Sequence record: PV805638.1
Source: a phage
Direction: 5' to 3' (one strand)
Length of the DNA: 64,000 nt
Part shown: in pieces, positions 37,701 to 46,776 of the stretch
Position numbering within the stretch: position 1 is the first letter of the stretch
Layout: every line of letters starts with the position of its first letter
Position numbers and translations under genes: made by a program
Notes under the pieces: model-generated
Seen by the model: only the letters and a program-made list of their open reading frames with translations
Told to the model about the DNA's origin: nothing
The model's database searches: none

Positions 37701-39991
37701 TCATTAGAACGAGACTCGTCGGTTTTAATCTGTTTACTAACGATATCTTGACGACGTAAGCCCAGTTCTTCTGCTTTAGCATCATACTCACGTGCACCCT
37801 GTAATAGAGCAGCAGCTGATTGCAGGGCAGCACGTTGACGATTATTCAGTGTAATCTTACCTTCACTCGCATGCTTCAGAACCATATTCACTGAATCTGC
37901 GTCCAGTACTTCTGGGGATACATCAGCAGCCATAGCAATGTTGTTTGCTTGGGCTTGGTTAGCTTCTTCAGTAGCTTTCAGCTTACCTGCTTCAGCCTGT
38001 TCCTGAATCATAGAATGGATGGCACGGAATGCACGAAGTACTTTAGGGGTATTCTGTATGTTAGCCATCAGGCCGGAGAACTGGTCTACGATTGCAGCAG
38101 CAGGAGAACCTTGTTCCAGATTAGCCAGAGCACCTGGGTCACGGTTAATGAAGCTATCCATAGACATGATATTGTCATACATCTGGATTGCAGCTTCCAT
38201 TTGAACGTTAGGGTCTTCAGCAGTATTAACCAGGTCAGCCATCTTCTGAATAGCTTCCACACGGTTAGTGGAACCAGAAACGGCTTCACGGATTACTGGG
38301 TTAGCTTGTTCCAATTCTACTGGGTCAAACTTCATTGCCTGAGTTAAGTCAGCAGCATACTGGGTAGCAGCAGCCTTCTCTTCCGGAGTGATATCCATTG
38401 CATCTACTGCTTCCTGTACGGTTGCCTGTGCTTGCTCTGCTTGAGCAGCAGCTTCCTGTGCAGCAGCATTAACCGTAGCATCAGCTACAGGGGATGCTTG
38501 TTCATTACGCTTAGCAACTTCTTCACCACGTTGAACCAGGATGTTAGTAAGAGGAGATGCAGCTTTTGCTAATGTTTTACCAACCAGAGAAGCACCAGCC
38601 AGAGTAGTACGAAGAGCAGGACCAGCAGCAGCACCGGCAGCTTTAACGGTTGCACCAGGAGCTTGAGCAACCCCAGCACTACCGAAGCCATAGAGTGCAC
38701 CAAGACCAGCTTGCTCACCGACACCTTTGAGGGTATCTCGGGATGCATCAACATTTTCCTTGATTGCACGGTTCTGTGCGAACTGACCAAAGCCTGATTG
38801 AGTACCCTCTTCAAAAGTCTGAGCACCAAGGTTAGTAAGGGCTGCCCCAGCAGAACCAACCCTCATGGGGTTAAGTTCAAACTTAGATACTAACGGACCC
38901 ATAGCAGCAGCAACTGGAGCAGTTAAGCCAGCAGCAATGATACCTGTTTCGGATGCAGTCTGACGACGTGCTTCATCAGGAGATAAACCATCAGCAATAT
39001 GTTGTTGGTAAACAGGAGACTTACTTGCCAGTTCTGGATGGGACATCTTCATGATTTCAGAAGCAGTCTGTTGGTATGCACCACCAGCTTCCATACCACC
39101 GATTGCAATAGCAGGTGCAGCAACACGACCAGTAGACAATGCAACCTGTGCAGGACGTGAACCTAACCCAGCAGCTAAGGTAATACCCTTAACAGCTTTA
39201 TCACCACCTACCATTACTTTACCGAGTGCAGATACACCACGGATAAGAGGACCACCAGTAAAGAGGGAACCAACACCTTCACTCAGTCCATCTGAGGCAG
39301 CCATACCATTATCAAGTGTATTAGCAACAGAGTCGAAAGCATCACGACCAATGCGAGACAGGGAGGCAACCAAATCGCTCTCCCCGTTTTTAATGTCCTG
39401 TTCATAGAGTTTCTGATTCTTTTGGGCAGAAATCTGGTTCTGATTCTGAACAACTTTACGGGTAGCATTCAGTGCATCAGACTGTAGATTGTGTACGCCT
39501 TCATTCAACCAATCCATCCCGGAAGCAATGGTTGCCCCGGCATTATCATTGACCAGACCTGCGCCAAGAGCAGCAATGCCCCCAAGGGTATTAGCAACAC
39601 CAAGACCAACACCAGAAAGAGTATCGCCAAATGCTTCTGCGTTAGTACGCTGCTTAGATAAGTCCTGACGTACAGCATCCGCAGCATTAGCTCGGCTATT
39701 AAGAATCTGTAGACCTTGCTCATTACCGTATTTATTAATGATTTCTAATGGGGAGGCTTGAGTGAAGTCTGCCTGAAGTGAACCTGGTTCGAATGCACCG
39801 ATTCCAAGATTACCTACTCGTCCAGTCTGGAGATTGTAAGCATTCTCTGGGGTTAATCGGAAAGGGCTTTGCCCTTGTGCAGCTTGCTTCTGAGCGGTTG
39901 CAGTAGAGACATCGACTTGCTTAGCATTAGTGATGCTGTCTGCGAAACCTGCCAGACGGTCAAATGTTGACATAGCATGTTTCCTGTTCAA
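28712..39991 (-). CDS. Virion-encapsidated giant RNA polymerase (N4 vRNAP-like), 3759 aa
   Basis: Central T7-like motifs: 'EADGVTNGPIN' (motif A), 'RGIAKNPLTITIYGSG' (motif B), 'LKIFDGMNIG' (motif C). Size and position match N4 gp50. Confidence 0.85.
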   Translation of the reverse strand: MNRKHAMSTFDRLAGFADSITNAKQVDVSTATAQKQAAQGQSPFRLTPENAYNLQTGRVGNLGIGAFEPGSLQADFTQASPLEIINKYGNEQGLQILNSRANAADAVRQDLSKQRTNAEAFGDTLSGVGLGVANTLGGIAALGAGLVNDNAGATIASGMDWLNEGVHNLQSDALNATRKVVQNQNQISAQKNQKLYEQDIKNGESDLVASLSRIGRDAFDSVANTLDNGMAASDGLSEGVGSLFTGGPLIRGVSALGKVMVGGDKAVKGITLAAGLGSRPAQVALSTGRVAAPAIAIGGMEAGGAYQQTASEIMKMSHPELASKSPVYQQHIADGLSPDEARRQTASETGIIAAGLTAPVAAAMGPLVSKFELNPMRVGSAGAALTNLGAQTFEEGTQSGFGQFAQNRAIKENVDASRDTLKGVGEQAGLGALYGFGSAGVAQAPGATVKAAGAAAGPALRTTLAGASLVGKTLAKAASPLTNILVQRGEEVAKRNEQASPVADATVNAAAQEAAAQAEQAQATVQEAVDAMDITPEEKAAATQYAADLTQAMKFDPVELEQANPVIREAVSGSTNRVEAIQKMADLVNTAEDPNVQMEAAIQMYDNIMSMDSFINRDPGALANLEQGSPAAAIVDQFSGLMANIQNTPKVLRAFRAIHSMIQEQAEAGKLKATEEANQAQANNIAMAADVSPEVLDADSVNMVLKHASEGKITLNNRQRAALQSAAALLQGAREYDAKAEELGLRRQDIVSKQIKTDESRSNEGQYSALQHAKRIRSAYNSGNFDLASAYLSDFMKFAQHMQNKVGALNEHLISGNADKNKSVHYQALTPTREWVRSRTGLGVNPYDTKSVKFAQQVALEAKTVADIANALATAYPELNVSHVKVTSLDSRLNKPAAQVVKEFRQGGLNATQSQQANEPVNQVNETPVKTQEPVTTVQSKAKPVVNNKTAPNTVESKSEPEKVSKPKSESTSVPNGPEMKTAEFTGKQQATYMQIGQYFDYNGKEYISLGKDIEGVRAAPSTGGKTIVIPGESTVTGKSDVLTSFKYGETNVPYVMTPEGRIFSLRSTREVWSSPSQARNDFMNYVRNTFSQPEVTPAQEEKVPKSEKTSPVVDDATPTNEDTIEQPTESERDAYVKENTISQETLNKYGDHRESPWLFADGTVVGSNGDHISLSDVFGHDGYRDMSLDTGAIRSMFYKGSEHPFVSLQLFDNQKLTAEQFNTVQSFVEANNAHILVGVDTSGLNTNNAEEDEVSLAQLKADYTVGGKPLSEMETVFPVYNNEKTPNQFLKAFTLPEEPKSRTIGSESPLADIKQALSSAARFEAFTQKENNALTGDVLERYQDLMDFGETLKTTLSERLAKFLANKNVGKRFAEGTEANRWVGGKLLNIVERDGDTFKFNDQLLETAVLAGLQWRLTATQNAAIKDMKDVAAITGVDASLLPEGILAEFENAQTLVEATNSLAQKIESYWGLNRNPNAPLGYTKGIPMAMATEILSSLIEMGEVKESMLDVSEIDPDSNKTIGLYTIEKLDDNDAINKFPTAIEEAVLLEPEEKMYFGDDIPSVAQTQLRNPAVKNTPEQKAALKAEQATEFRVHMPMVNFYEALGRDGILELMGAGSLNPDLLNENTAKSLEGKNLSVSMAYDSLFGLINQLKEQENGLDTPIHYGYNMTRVGRMQMLGKNNPQSSKLVREAILPTFSTIDLSNENSQAFSDFQLGLAQALGIKVHKMSREAMSENLTKALEGNLKPAVDMMVEFDKSGYLPTDAVDILKSSLGDNKSFVALMALMEYARYLNSDDRANFTTPLYVEADGVTNGPINAMVLMTGGKFTPDWIKNTAKGGLFFGRAGKTMNEHCSIDDNVDLYEASTNGLQQALNELRTTYRNNVPVMNQINHLQKLMDLFIKDFNLNEDGTLDLKRGIAKNPLTITIYGSGARGIAGKMVSAITDTIYERFSDVLQARAADPSISPAMAMFGKEAASEADAQAMLDTFLTSMEALTGKIPAKRKGKLFIKEVDGALTGKLDPQKFTVSGNALKNLQENMLHLFVEPMRTGIRNTVGEGLMYSTENLQKATQIQSLVLQDMFQQAVQAKLAEKEKDPTWKKGDFLTQKELNEIQESLSPLAPMIETGSQTFYLAGSESTDVANQVLATNLDDRMRVPMSIYAPSQAGVAGIPFMTIGTGDGMMMQTLSTMKGAPKNTLKIFDGMNIGISDITDASRKANEAVYTSWQGNPIKAVYESFSEFLKNVDFDKLSDKTIDDIARSALDFEQLSHISRVEGDRQYKIDMIKNSGVNLIERNLRNIALSVDIRHKVMNQVQTTVDQMAAVGAPYVNNGKISLEGLTVDQQVAKLNELFDAELNKRRDAVRAAKADPVKEVPTKEAPVKEVPAMEQVGRVLKSGVRLLSNTAITKLAKEMSPEQQAVLKEIQKSLAAKDYKVVYGTPAQLDAYAIEKNITRPAPEDIEAAEAGNAYGWTNFDDKTIYLVTPSLETLVHELVHASTFESVLAHYEGTPNEAVQNIEDLMNQFRNLDVMDESPAVREAYADALNTINGHLSNGFIEPAMAKAAALNEYMAWGLTNRELISKQKKTTALKAMVQSVYEAIKRLVFGRKKAPANADDMFSGLLFNSSVVMRGQAPTAAVAKDTTLFHNKAYGDNTRLEELGQTFDKLITNYIGSEPVQQVIREGKFSDAKKHATKVTRDVQAHGFTMNMQEQRLFTNIVAALATEAAISPAALSRAQEYYAHVTKNLTVESFMTDPDSTNPADRYYAQQKFDTIMGANNIEFDAQGRSSILPTFVGLAMVSEEVRNVLANIPVMKADKKSGNTVDAMLTNIGTAAMASLNARVAGDTKATNVQEGMDALAQTIMQTSLNAQSFYDSVATPSGNAIDRANQYLVDSIDVLSTRVLESAREVAANTKNPLVKGAAHAAQLMAAIATEKNGANVAEGVMVAMNQGKVWQPFHDLVNDLTGRTKSNASVYDLIKAVRAQVQADRQQFREHLPTTIASKFSRKLTKDEWKAMYTGMGKTDLAVLRDTMSLAEIRDLLSDQKIVDREVNKLEADLQKQAGRNWPLINRKSKQLAQYMINGTVGKNLLRNATAISRMLGERKTTRSIVDVAQLDKLITLYALEAMNKSDREMLSSLAQTEVEGMDFATSYLVGQRKDEMAKAKSNMRATLNQYKGYIPSETKQGVSLVVAEDSQFGDLIEKSYVRLSTYQGSSANRGLARSYYFAPVQAQAPFSQGILQNVRNTAGGVDLGTGFTMGSMVAGRITDKPSVDRIAKALARGERGNEPLLPVYNAKGDVVAYEESINPNMLKHIEGENHLARAIGVWRGRQVEEAKAQRFNDMLIENLYSMYKEDIKMSAANKSQYVNLFGSKLDPVTADALKLMNSETRRKAEKLFGEGELWVRRDMLNDALGYRAASIGDAWSGNSRWSPETLNTFKKAILGLAGNRAYKYLMGGENLVQNLVKDAKTLIVVKSVVVPVVNFLANLYQMVARGVPVKNIAKSIPRKTAEINQYLKSRLRQVDAEAELRAATNPNQIRKLKAEIQSITDSHKRMSIWPLIEAGEFSSIADAGIGRDDILITEGKLHEYMEKLADKLPKSVRAAGRYALITKDTALFQGIQKTVEYSDFIAKAIIYDELTQRKGKTREEALGRVTEEFINYDRLPGRFRGYMESVGLMWFYNFKIRSAKVAVSMIRNNPVHAAMAMLAPTPTMFGNVGLPIQDNIFSIAAKGSLDYSWGFGQGLRAHNLNPWMNLVN

Positions 39992-40041
39992 ACTTATATC
40001 GTATATAGGTAACTTACTCTACAGTAAGCCAGTTAAAGAAA

Positions 40042-40064
40042 AAAGCCCCGTAGGGCTTTTATTA
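40042..40064. terminator. Hairpin terminator between a late virion gene and the vRNAP gene
   Basis: aaagccc-cgta-gggcttt hairpin flanked by A- and T-runs. Confidence 0.5.
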
Positions 40065-40067
40065 GTA

Positions 40068-42032
40068 TTACCGATTTTGTCTTGGTTGCATATACTCAGG
40101 CAGTCCTTGTGCCTGACGTAAGTACCGTGCAGCACGCTCTTCATCTTCCTTAGCTCGTGCCCTGTCCACACTAGCCTGTGACTGAAAACCTCTTGGAGCC
40201 AGGTTAGCTGGGTCAGCTTGTACTTGTGCCTGTGCAGCTTGGAGCATTGCAGCAGCTTTAGTAACAGCCTCCTGACGTGCAGGTAACAGAGCAGTAAGAC
40301 CGGTTTGCCCGGTGTTAATCTTATTCTGGGTATTTGTCAGTGCAGCTACAGCAGCATCATATGCAGTCTGTGCTGCCTGAATATTCTGCATAGCCTGAGC
40401 ACGACCTAGGTTGCGTACACTACCTTCCAGTGGCTCGCCTCGTTGTACGCCTTCAATTAACTGTTCTACCAGACGGTCATTAAGACGCATACCATTACCG
40501 GCTTCATTGGTAATGAGTGGGTTAATTGCATCAATAGCACGGCTAATATAACCTTCCGGTACACCAGTCTGTGCACGTTGCATAACAGCAGCAGCCATAG
40601 CTGGTGACATATTCCCACGCTGAGAAATATCATTCAGTCGGTTCAGTACCCAGTTACGGTCAGCACCTTTAAAATCACCTTCCAACAAACGGTTAGCAAT
40701 CTCACCTACTGGGGTATTATCCGTGACAGTACCGAGGAAGTCAGTGTTAAGACTACCGGTATTATCCTGCATAGAACGAGTACCAATCATACCCTGAGCC
40801 AGGGTAGATACTGCCTGATTACCCTGATTATTCTGAACCATAGCGAGTGGGTCAGCCCCTACCTCAGCTTGGGCAATAACAGGTTTAATCTGTTCCCAAG
40901 TCATATCCTTATAAGCACCTGGGGTAGAGTTAGGGAGTGCAGCCCATGTATCTTTAAGGTTACCGTTCTTACGGGCCTCGAAGATAGCCTTACCAATCTT
41001 ATCCTGGTTCTCAGGAGAAAGGGGCTGGCTTTGCCAATCTGAACCAAGAACTTTAGGAGCGAAGTCTAGCAGAGTAGCTTGGTTAATCTGGAATGCACCA
41101 ACAGGTGAAGCACCCTGCTTCGTCTTCATACTATCCTGGTGCTTAATTACATCACCAATACTCATTTGAGTAATAGGAGTAGATGTACCAGCAAACTGGT
41201 AAGTAACATCGTAAGGGGAACCCTGACGAGTACCGGCAGTACCTGGGGCAGACGTAGCACCAACATTGTTACCGTAAACGCCCGGATATGCTCGTGCAAG
41301 CATCTCCTGCAAACGTGCCTGTGCAACCGGAGACAGATTCTTACTATAAGATTCTGCCAGAATACGGGCATCGTCAGCATTCTCAGCACCGCGAGTAATC
41401 AGTGCCATTACACCCGTAGCAGCCTGACTATCAGCATCATTACGTTGAGCAACACCCAAATCAAAACGATTCTGTGCCTGATTAATAGCCTGACCACCCT
41501 GACCTTGAAGACGACTCAGCATGTCCAATTGCTGGTCAGCAGGGAGTGCAGACAATGCATCACGGGTCTGACTTAATGCAGCATTAATACGGTTCTGGTC
41601 CCCCGACTGATAAGCCTCAGACAGCAAACGAATAGCAGGGGAAGCATTATCTAATGCAGTGTTAGTATCCTGTAAACGACCAAAGCGATACGCATTGTAG
41701 TCATTGGTTCCTTGCTGACCTTGTTGAGTCAGTAATGTACCTGCTCGCTCATCCAGATTTTGGAGAGTACGTTGGTTTACCAGTGAAGGGTCAACTCCCT
41801 GAAATAATGCACCAGATGCCAAAGCATTACGGTACTCAGTAGGGTCTTGATACTGCATAGCATTCATCATGACGGCATTGCCAGCCTCCTGCTTGGCAGC
41901 GTTCTGGAAATTACCCAGTGCATCACTTAAGCCGGAGGTGGCGTTACCAATCATGCTACCAAATGTGCGAATGCTGTCACCAACTCCAGAGAAGTTAGGT
42001 GCATCAACATTTCTCCACGTTATCTGAGCCAT
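40068..42032 (-). CDS. Virion protein (N4 gp51/52-region homolog), function unknown
   Basis: 654-aa Gln/Ala-rich ORF immediately upstream of vRNAP in the late operon. Confidence 0.4.
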   Translation of the reverse strand: MAQITWRNVDAPNFSGVGDSIRTFGSMIGNATSGLSDALGNFQNAAKQEAGNAVMMNAMQYQDPTEYRNALASGALFQGVDPSLVNQRTLQNLDERAGTLLTQQGQQGTNDYNAYRFGRLQDTNTALDNASPAIRLLSEAYQSGDQNRINAALSQTRDALSALPADQQLDMLSRLQGQGGQAINQAQNRFDLGVAQRNDADSQAATGVMALITRGAENADDARILAESYSKNLSPVAQARLQEMLARAYPGVYGNNVGATSAPGTAGTRQGSPYDVTYQFAGTSTPITQMSIGDVIKHQDSMKTKQGASPVGAFQINQATLLDFAPKVLGSDWQSQPLSPENQDKIGKAIFEARKNGNLKDTWAALPNSTPGAYKDMTWEQIKPVIAQAEVGADPLAMVQNNQGNQAVSTLAQGMIGTRSMQDNTGSLNTDFLGTVTDNTPVGEIANRLLEGDFKGADRNWVLNRLNDISQRGNMSPAMAAAVMQRAQTGVPEGYISRAIDAINPLITNEAGNGMRLNDRLVEQLIEGVQRGEPLEGSVRNLGRAQAMQNIQAAQTAYDAAVAALTNTQNKINTGQTGLTALLPARQEAVTKAAAMLQAAQAQVQADPANLAPRGFQSQASVDRARAKEDEERAARYLRQAQGLPEYMQPRQNR

Positions 42033-42044
42033 GATGGTTTCCTA

Positions 42045-42509
42045 TTAACGAGTTAGTTTATTGGCTGCAATGTAAGCATCAGCCGAAGACTGGTCACGGT
42101 TTTCTGCTGTAGCACGGCTACGAGCACGGTCTTCCAGTGCAGTGTTATAAGACTTAATCTGATTATTCAAGTTAGTGTTAGTAACACTCTTAGCAAAATT
42201 CAGCTGGTCTTTGGCTAACTTGTTAGCCTGGAAACCACTATAGATATTAGCTAAGGAACCAAGTGCACCCAGTCCTAGTTGGAAGGTAGGAATGTTCATG
42301 CCTAACTGATTAGCTGAACCAGATAAGAAAGAGGTAGGGGTAGTTAATCCTGTACCTGCATTCATACCAATAGCTGCACCCGGATTGTAGTTCATAGCTG
42401 GGGTATTAAAGTTTTGATTGTTATTAGACATCCAAGACATAGCAGCTGGCTGTGGGGTTTGGTTGCCCGTTAAGAATGACAAATCCATGGGGATTCTCCT
42501 GTTAAACAA
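42045..42509 (-). CDS. Virion structural protein
   Basis: 154-aa ORF in the late operon, Gly/Asn-rich. Confidence 0.35.
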   Translation of the reverse strand: MFNRRIPMDLSFLTGNQTPQPAAMSWMSNNNQNFNTPAMNYNPGAAIGMNAGTGLTTPTSFLSGSANQLGMNIPTFQLGLGALGSLANIYSGFQANKLAKDQLNFAKSVTNTNLNNQIKSYNTALEDRARSRATAENRDQSSADAYIAANKLTR

Positions 42510-45153
42510 GGTCAGTATTAAGAGTCATATCAGAGTAGCTGCCAACCATGTTTAAAGACATGTCAGCTATATCCGAACCAGTCATAAGAGTACGTGAGAG
42601 GAAAGAATCCAACGACTCCATTGACACAAATTGCATAGGGTCAATTACACCCTGCCCAGCAGTACCAAACATTTCTTCATACTGCTTATTGATTGCCATC
42701 ATATCAGTATTGTACTGCTGCATTACATTCTCTGCTTTCTGAATAGTAGCAGCCGTAGATGCATTAATATACTGGCTAATGCCGTTACCTACTGAACTGG
42801 TAAGCTGCATGATGTTCTGAGCATTCATCATTTCACTGGCTAAAGTAGATAAGGATGTACCGGTAGACATAGCAGTACCAACGTTCATAGCCACCATTGA
42901 AGCAACAGCAGCAATGATAAATCCTAGCTTATCCCCAAACAGTGAAGTGGATACTTTAGTGACAATAGATATCATAATCATTGCAGCAATGGCGTTTGCT
43001 ACAGCACCTACTATTACAGCAGCTAATCCAACAAAGCCAAGTGATGCACCAACTGCACCATATGCCCCAAGAATACCTGCACCACCTGCACTACCAGCAC
43101 CCATAGTAAATACGGATATAACGACAGCAACTACAACAACCACAATCTTAAAGGCAGAGGACTGATACCACTTTTTCTTAACCTTTTTATATGAGTTCAT
43201 TACTAAGTAAGAGCAGGCAGTAGATAACTGAGTACTACGAACCAGTGACATTGAGCGATAGATGTTGGTGTGCAGGGGAATAATGAATCCGCTTTCCTCT
43301 GCATCACCCATCGCCTCAGCAACATCAATATTTACTGACTTATTTTTATATACCTTGTTGCTATGATGAAGGCCCAATATCCTAAGTTTACGGTAGGTGT
43401 TATTACCATCCTGCCAAAGCAACTCATACTCCTGCATAGAATAAAATGTAGGGGTAACTTCTAGTTTTTTGCTAGCACCAGTACGCATGTTCTTACGGGT
43501 AAGAGTTATATCCCCTGCATATCTGGCTCGAAGCTGTCCCTGTTTAGCACCAGACCACGCTTTACCTGAGTGGGTAGTTTCAAATGCGTAGTTCCAACTA
43601 ATAGTCATGTCATACTTATACTGCTTACTACTGTGTACCCTAAACTCCCGCTTAGGTATAACAGGGTATTCTGGCAGAGGTGGAGGTGTTCCAACAGTTT
43701 GACCTTCATGCCTGTCCCACCATTCCTCATATGCATCGACTGCATCATTTGCTGCCTGATAACCTGCAATCACTGATTCTAATGTAGGGTAGGTTGGGTC
43801 AGGTGGGAATGCTTCAGTAGCCATCTGAAAGAAACGGTAGATGTATTCCTTAGCAGTATCTTCTGGAGTATTAAGAGATACACCGAATGTGCCATAGATG
43901 TATTGAATATCGCCTATGTCACCATTCTTCTTAAGCTCAGTCACTACTTTATCTAGCTTACCACCAGTAGCTTTATAGAGTGCCTTCTTACAGTATGGGT
44001 AGATTGGGTCATACTCTACCCATTGTTTATCATTCCTGATTGGGATGAATGGATAGAATCGGTTATCGGTAGCTTCGGTCTTAAACAGAGAATCGAGTGC
44101 AACGTTACCGGAGTTCTGCTTATAGATAAGCATCTTAGGTGTACCAACAGCAGTCATCTCAGTATCGGTACGAGTAGTCTGGGATGAGTACTTACGAACC
44201 AGTGTCTCTGTGGTTGTGGTTATTGTATCTGTGCGAGTAACACCACCACCTAAATCAACAACATTGGTAATTACAGTAGTACTGGATTGAACCTCACCAA
44301 ACTTTCTATGAGTCATCACTCTGTCAGATACAACTACAGTTACATCATCAGGTTTCTCAGTGTATCCTCTACGGTAAACCTTAACGTAAGAGTTCCAGTT
44401 ATCCACACTTGATTCAGTAACAGTACTATCCTCATCCGGTCTACCATCAGAGTAAACAGAATGAGTCTGTACAGTCTTAGTAAGATTAGTTGTGTTAGCT
44501 GTAGTATCACTAGAGATTGTGGTCCACAGCAAGGTTGATGGTAAATCACCCTCATTGCTGTAGACAGTAGTTGGTCCTACTACCGGTGGATTGGTAGCCG
44601 GGGACTTATAGAACGTGTAATCAGCATAGAGATACAAAGCACCTGGTTCAAAGTTAGTAGGTGTGAATGTAATGGGGGAACCTCCATCTAAGGAGGTCAT
44701 AGTGATTACATTAGTATCTTCATCAATGTCTACGTCGAATCGTTCCATGATTCGACTTGGGGCATTATCATAAAGATACTGATCACACCATTGCTCAAAG
44801 TCAGCAAAGCCAATCTCTGCTGCCTGAACATAGACAGATTCTCCAGCAGGTGGGGTAATTTGACCCTCTATAACAGTAGGGTCAATCTTAGCCAGTACAC
44901 CTAACGAAGAACCCGCCATACCAACTTCTGAATCATAGTGGTTCTTACTCCAGCTAGAGAACAGTCGCATACGTATACCAGGCCCCTTCAGATAACTATC
45001 AGAGATAGTGTCTGCCATAGTGAATCCTGTATCAGCAACAATCTTACCGATGACTACAGTCTTCATATAGTTTGGACGTTTGTGTATATCCCCTGCCATG
45101 TTATAGACAGAGGATGCTACGTATACTTTGGTCTTACTACTGAATAAGCCCAT
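42502..45153 (-). CDS. Large virion protein with C-terminal multi-pass hydrophobic region
   Basis: 883 aa; C-terminal 'VVVVVAVVISVFTMGAGSAGGAGILGAYGAVGASLGFVGLAAVIVGAV' Gly/Ala-rich TM cluster. Confidence 0.4.
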   Translation of the reverse strand: MGLFSSKTKVYVASSVYNMAGDIHKRPNYMKTVVIGKIVADTGFTMADTISDSYLKGPGIRMRLFSSWSKNHYDSEVGMAGSSLGVLAKIDPTVIEGQITPPAGESVYVQAAEIGFADFEQWCDQYLYDNAPSRIMERFDVDIDEDTNVITMTSLDGGSPITFTPTNFEPGALYLYADYTFYKSPATNPPVVGPTTVYSNEGDLPSTLLWTTISSDTTANTTNLTKTVQTHSVYSDGRPDEDSTVTESSVDNWNSYVKVYRRGYTEKPDDVTVVVSDRVMTHRKFGEVQSSTTVITNVVDLGGGVTRTDTITTTTETLVRKYSSQTTRTDTEMTAVGTPKMLIYKQNSGNVALDSLFKTEATDNRFYPFIPIRNDKQWVEYDPIYPYCKKALYKATGGKLDKVVTELKKNGDIGDIQYIYGTFGVSLNTPEDTAKEYIYRFFQMATEAFPPDPTYPTLESVIAGYQAANDAVDAYEEWWDRHEGQTVGTPPPLPEYPVIPKREFRVHSSKQYKYDMTISWNYAFETTHSGKAWSGAKQGQLRARYAGDITLTRKNMRTGASKKLEVTPTFYSMQEYELLWQDGNNTYRKLRILGLHHSNKVYKNKSVNIDVAEAMGDAEESGFIIPLHTNIYRSMSLVRSTQLSTACSYLVMNSYKKVKKKWYQSSAFKIVVVVVAVVISVFTMGAGSAGGAGILGAYGAVGASLGFVGLAAVIVGAVANAIAAMIMISIVTKVSTSLFGDKLGFIIAAVASMVAMNVGTAMSTGTSLSTLASEMMNAQNIMQLTSSVGNGISQYINASTAATIQKAENVMQQYNTDMMAINKQYEEMFGTAGQGVIDPMQFVSMESLDSFLSRTLMTGSDIADMSLNMVGSYSDMTLNTDLV

Positions 45154-45154
45154 A

Positions 45155-45997
45155 TTAATTCAGCCCGTTGTTAGACTTCAGCTTGGACAAAATGGTATCA
45201 ATACTTGCGTTAGTGAATCCATTAGGTGGGTTCAAGCCTTCATCAATAGTCTTCTGTGTAATCCATGCATCAGTAAACAACTTAGATGCTTTAACTTCTG
45301 CATCACGTTGGTAAGAAGTAATCTGTTGAGAGTACAACTCTTTCTGCTTACCTACGGAACCAGTAACAGTAGCCCCATCACTTCGGGTATCAAGTGTTTG
45401 TGCACGCTGTGCCTCAGTCTGCTCAGTAATTAGTTTAAGCTGTTGAGGTAACATCTGATCAGCATTAAACAATGCAGCACAGTATGTCTCAGACTCAGTA
45501 GCAATTTTCATCTTAGTGAGGGCATATTCACTCTTAGCAGACAGTGCCTGAATCTTAGCCAGTACAAACTGTGCCTTAGAGGATGCCAATTGAACACGTG
45601 CAGTAACTGCCTGAATCTGTGCCATAGCAGCAGCCCAGTATGCCTGGTCACGACCAAGTAAGAACTGAACAGCATTACTCATGCATGATTCCATCATGGC
45701 AATATATGCCTTGGTGTATTCACCACCGGTAATACGGTTAGCTTTAAACTCAGCTTTAAGATGGTTGTGTGCGGATTCCATTAATGCATCAAACGTACCA
45801 CTACCACCTACTTCACGGGTAGTAAGTGATTCGTTAGTTATTTTGCTAATATCACCAAAGATGGGAGAGTCATCCCCACCAGGGATATCCCATTCGGGAC
45901 CAGACATATCAATATCAGGGAGGGTAAAGTCATCACCCTTAGTTAACTCTTCTAGGAGTCGGTTAGCTTCTACCTCAGCAGAACAAGACATAATCAT
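45155..45997 (-). CDS. Virion structural protein
   Basis: 280-aa ORF in the late operon. Confidence 0.35.
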   Translation of the reverse strand: MIMSCSAEVEANRLLEELTKGDDFTLPDIDMSGPEWDIPGGDDSPIFGDISKITNESLTTREVGGSGTFDALMESAHNHLKAEFKANRITGGEYTKAYIAMMESCMSNAVQFLLGRDQAYWAAAMAQIQAVTARVQLASSKAQFVLAKIQALSAKSEYALTKMKIATESETYCAALFNADQMLPQQLKLITEQTEAQRAQTLDTRSDGATVTGSVGKQKELYSQQITSYQRDAEVKASKLFTDAWITQKTIDEGLNPPNGFTNASIDTILSKLKSNNGLN

Positions 45998-46067
45998 TCC
46001 TCTCGGTTCAAAAAGAAACGGCCCACGGAGTTACCCCAGTGAGCCGTGTTGAACTGTAGCTTATACG

Positions 46068-46709
46068 TTAATCGTTCAGGCTACCAGCAGCAATCTGTGC
46101 TTGAGCCAGTTGAGCCAATTCTGCTTCAGTCAGCGGAGGCAATACTTCAATGGAGAACTCACGTGCTTCTGTTGCACGGATATCTGGTAAGCCATTCTTA
46201 CCTTTACGAGTCGTAATGTTGATGAACTTACGCTCTTTAAGGAACTCGTAGATACAGTACGGAATATGATAACCATTGTCGGTAACTTCACCGAATGGAA
46301 CAAACTTACGCACAGTACCCATATATTCGTTAGCTACGGTGATAATCTCACCCGGCAGGTCTTTCTTCTTAGGATCAAGGTTCTGGATACGTACACGAAT
46401 CAGTCGAGTCTGTTCTGCACGAATCTTCTGACCCAGGGTCATCTTCTTAACACCAGCTTCTTGTTTTTCACCCAAAGGATTAACAGCAGCTTCTTTTACT
46501 TCTGGTTCATCTTTTGCTTGTGCAGCTTCAATCTTCTCACGGAGTTTCTCAACGGAGATGTTGTTAGAGAACTTAATATTCATCAACGTTGCACGTTGCT
46601 TAAGAACTTCAAGTTCGCTAGGCATTGCAATATCGTTAACGGTATCTTCGTTGCCCTGTACGTCCAGTTCTACGCCAGTGGTCGGTTTATCGTTAATGCT
46701 CATGTTCAT
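46068..46709 (-). CDS. Virion structural protein
   Basis: 213-aa ORF directly downstream of the capsid gene. Confidence 0.35.
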   Translation of the reverse strand: MNMSINDKPTTGVELDVQGNEDTVNDIAMPSELEVLKQRATLMNIKFSNNISVEKLREKIEAAQAKDEPEVKEAAVNPLGEKQEAGVKKMTLGQKIRAEQTRLIRVRIQNLDPKKKDLPGEIITVANEYMGTVRKFVPFGEVTDNGYHIPYCIYEFLKERKFINITTRKGKNGLPDIRATEAREFSIEVLPPLTEAELAQLAQAQIAAGSLND

Positions 46710-46776
46710 ATTTCCTGTGGTTCAACTAGTTTTATTAAGAGGGGGACACTAGTCCCCCTTATTTTATTTAGGACTA

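Noticed and set aside
29763-39723. Plus-strand ORFs (60-138 aa) inside the vRNAP gene
   Set aside because: Antisense ORFs within a long, motif-supported coding region, low-complexity translations, no RBS context.
46741-46758. Palindromic hairpin gggggac-acta-gtccccc downstream of the capsid gene as a strong terminator
   Set aside because: The T-run lies on the plus side while flanking genes are on the minus strand; at most a weak attenuator.
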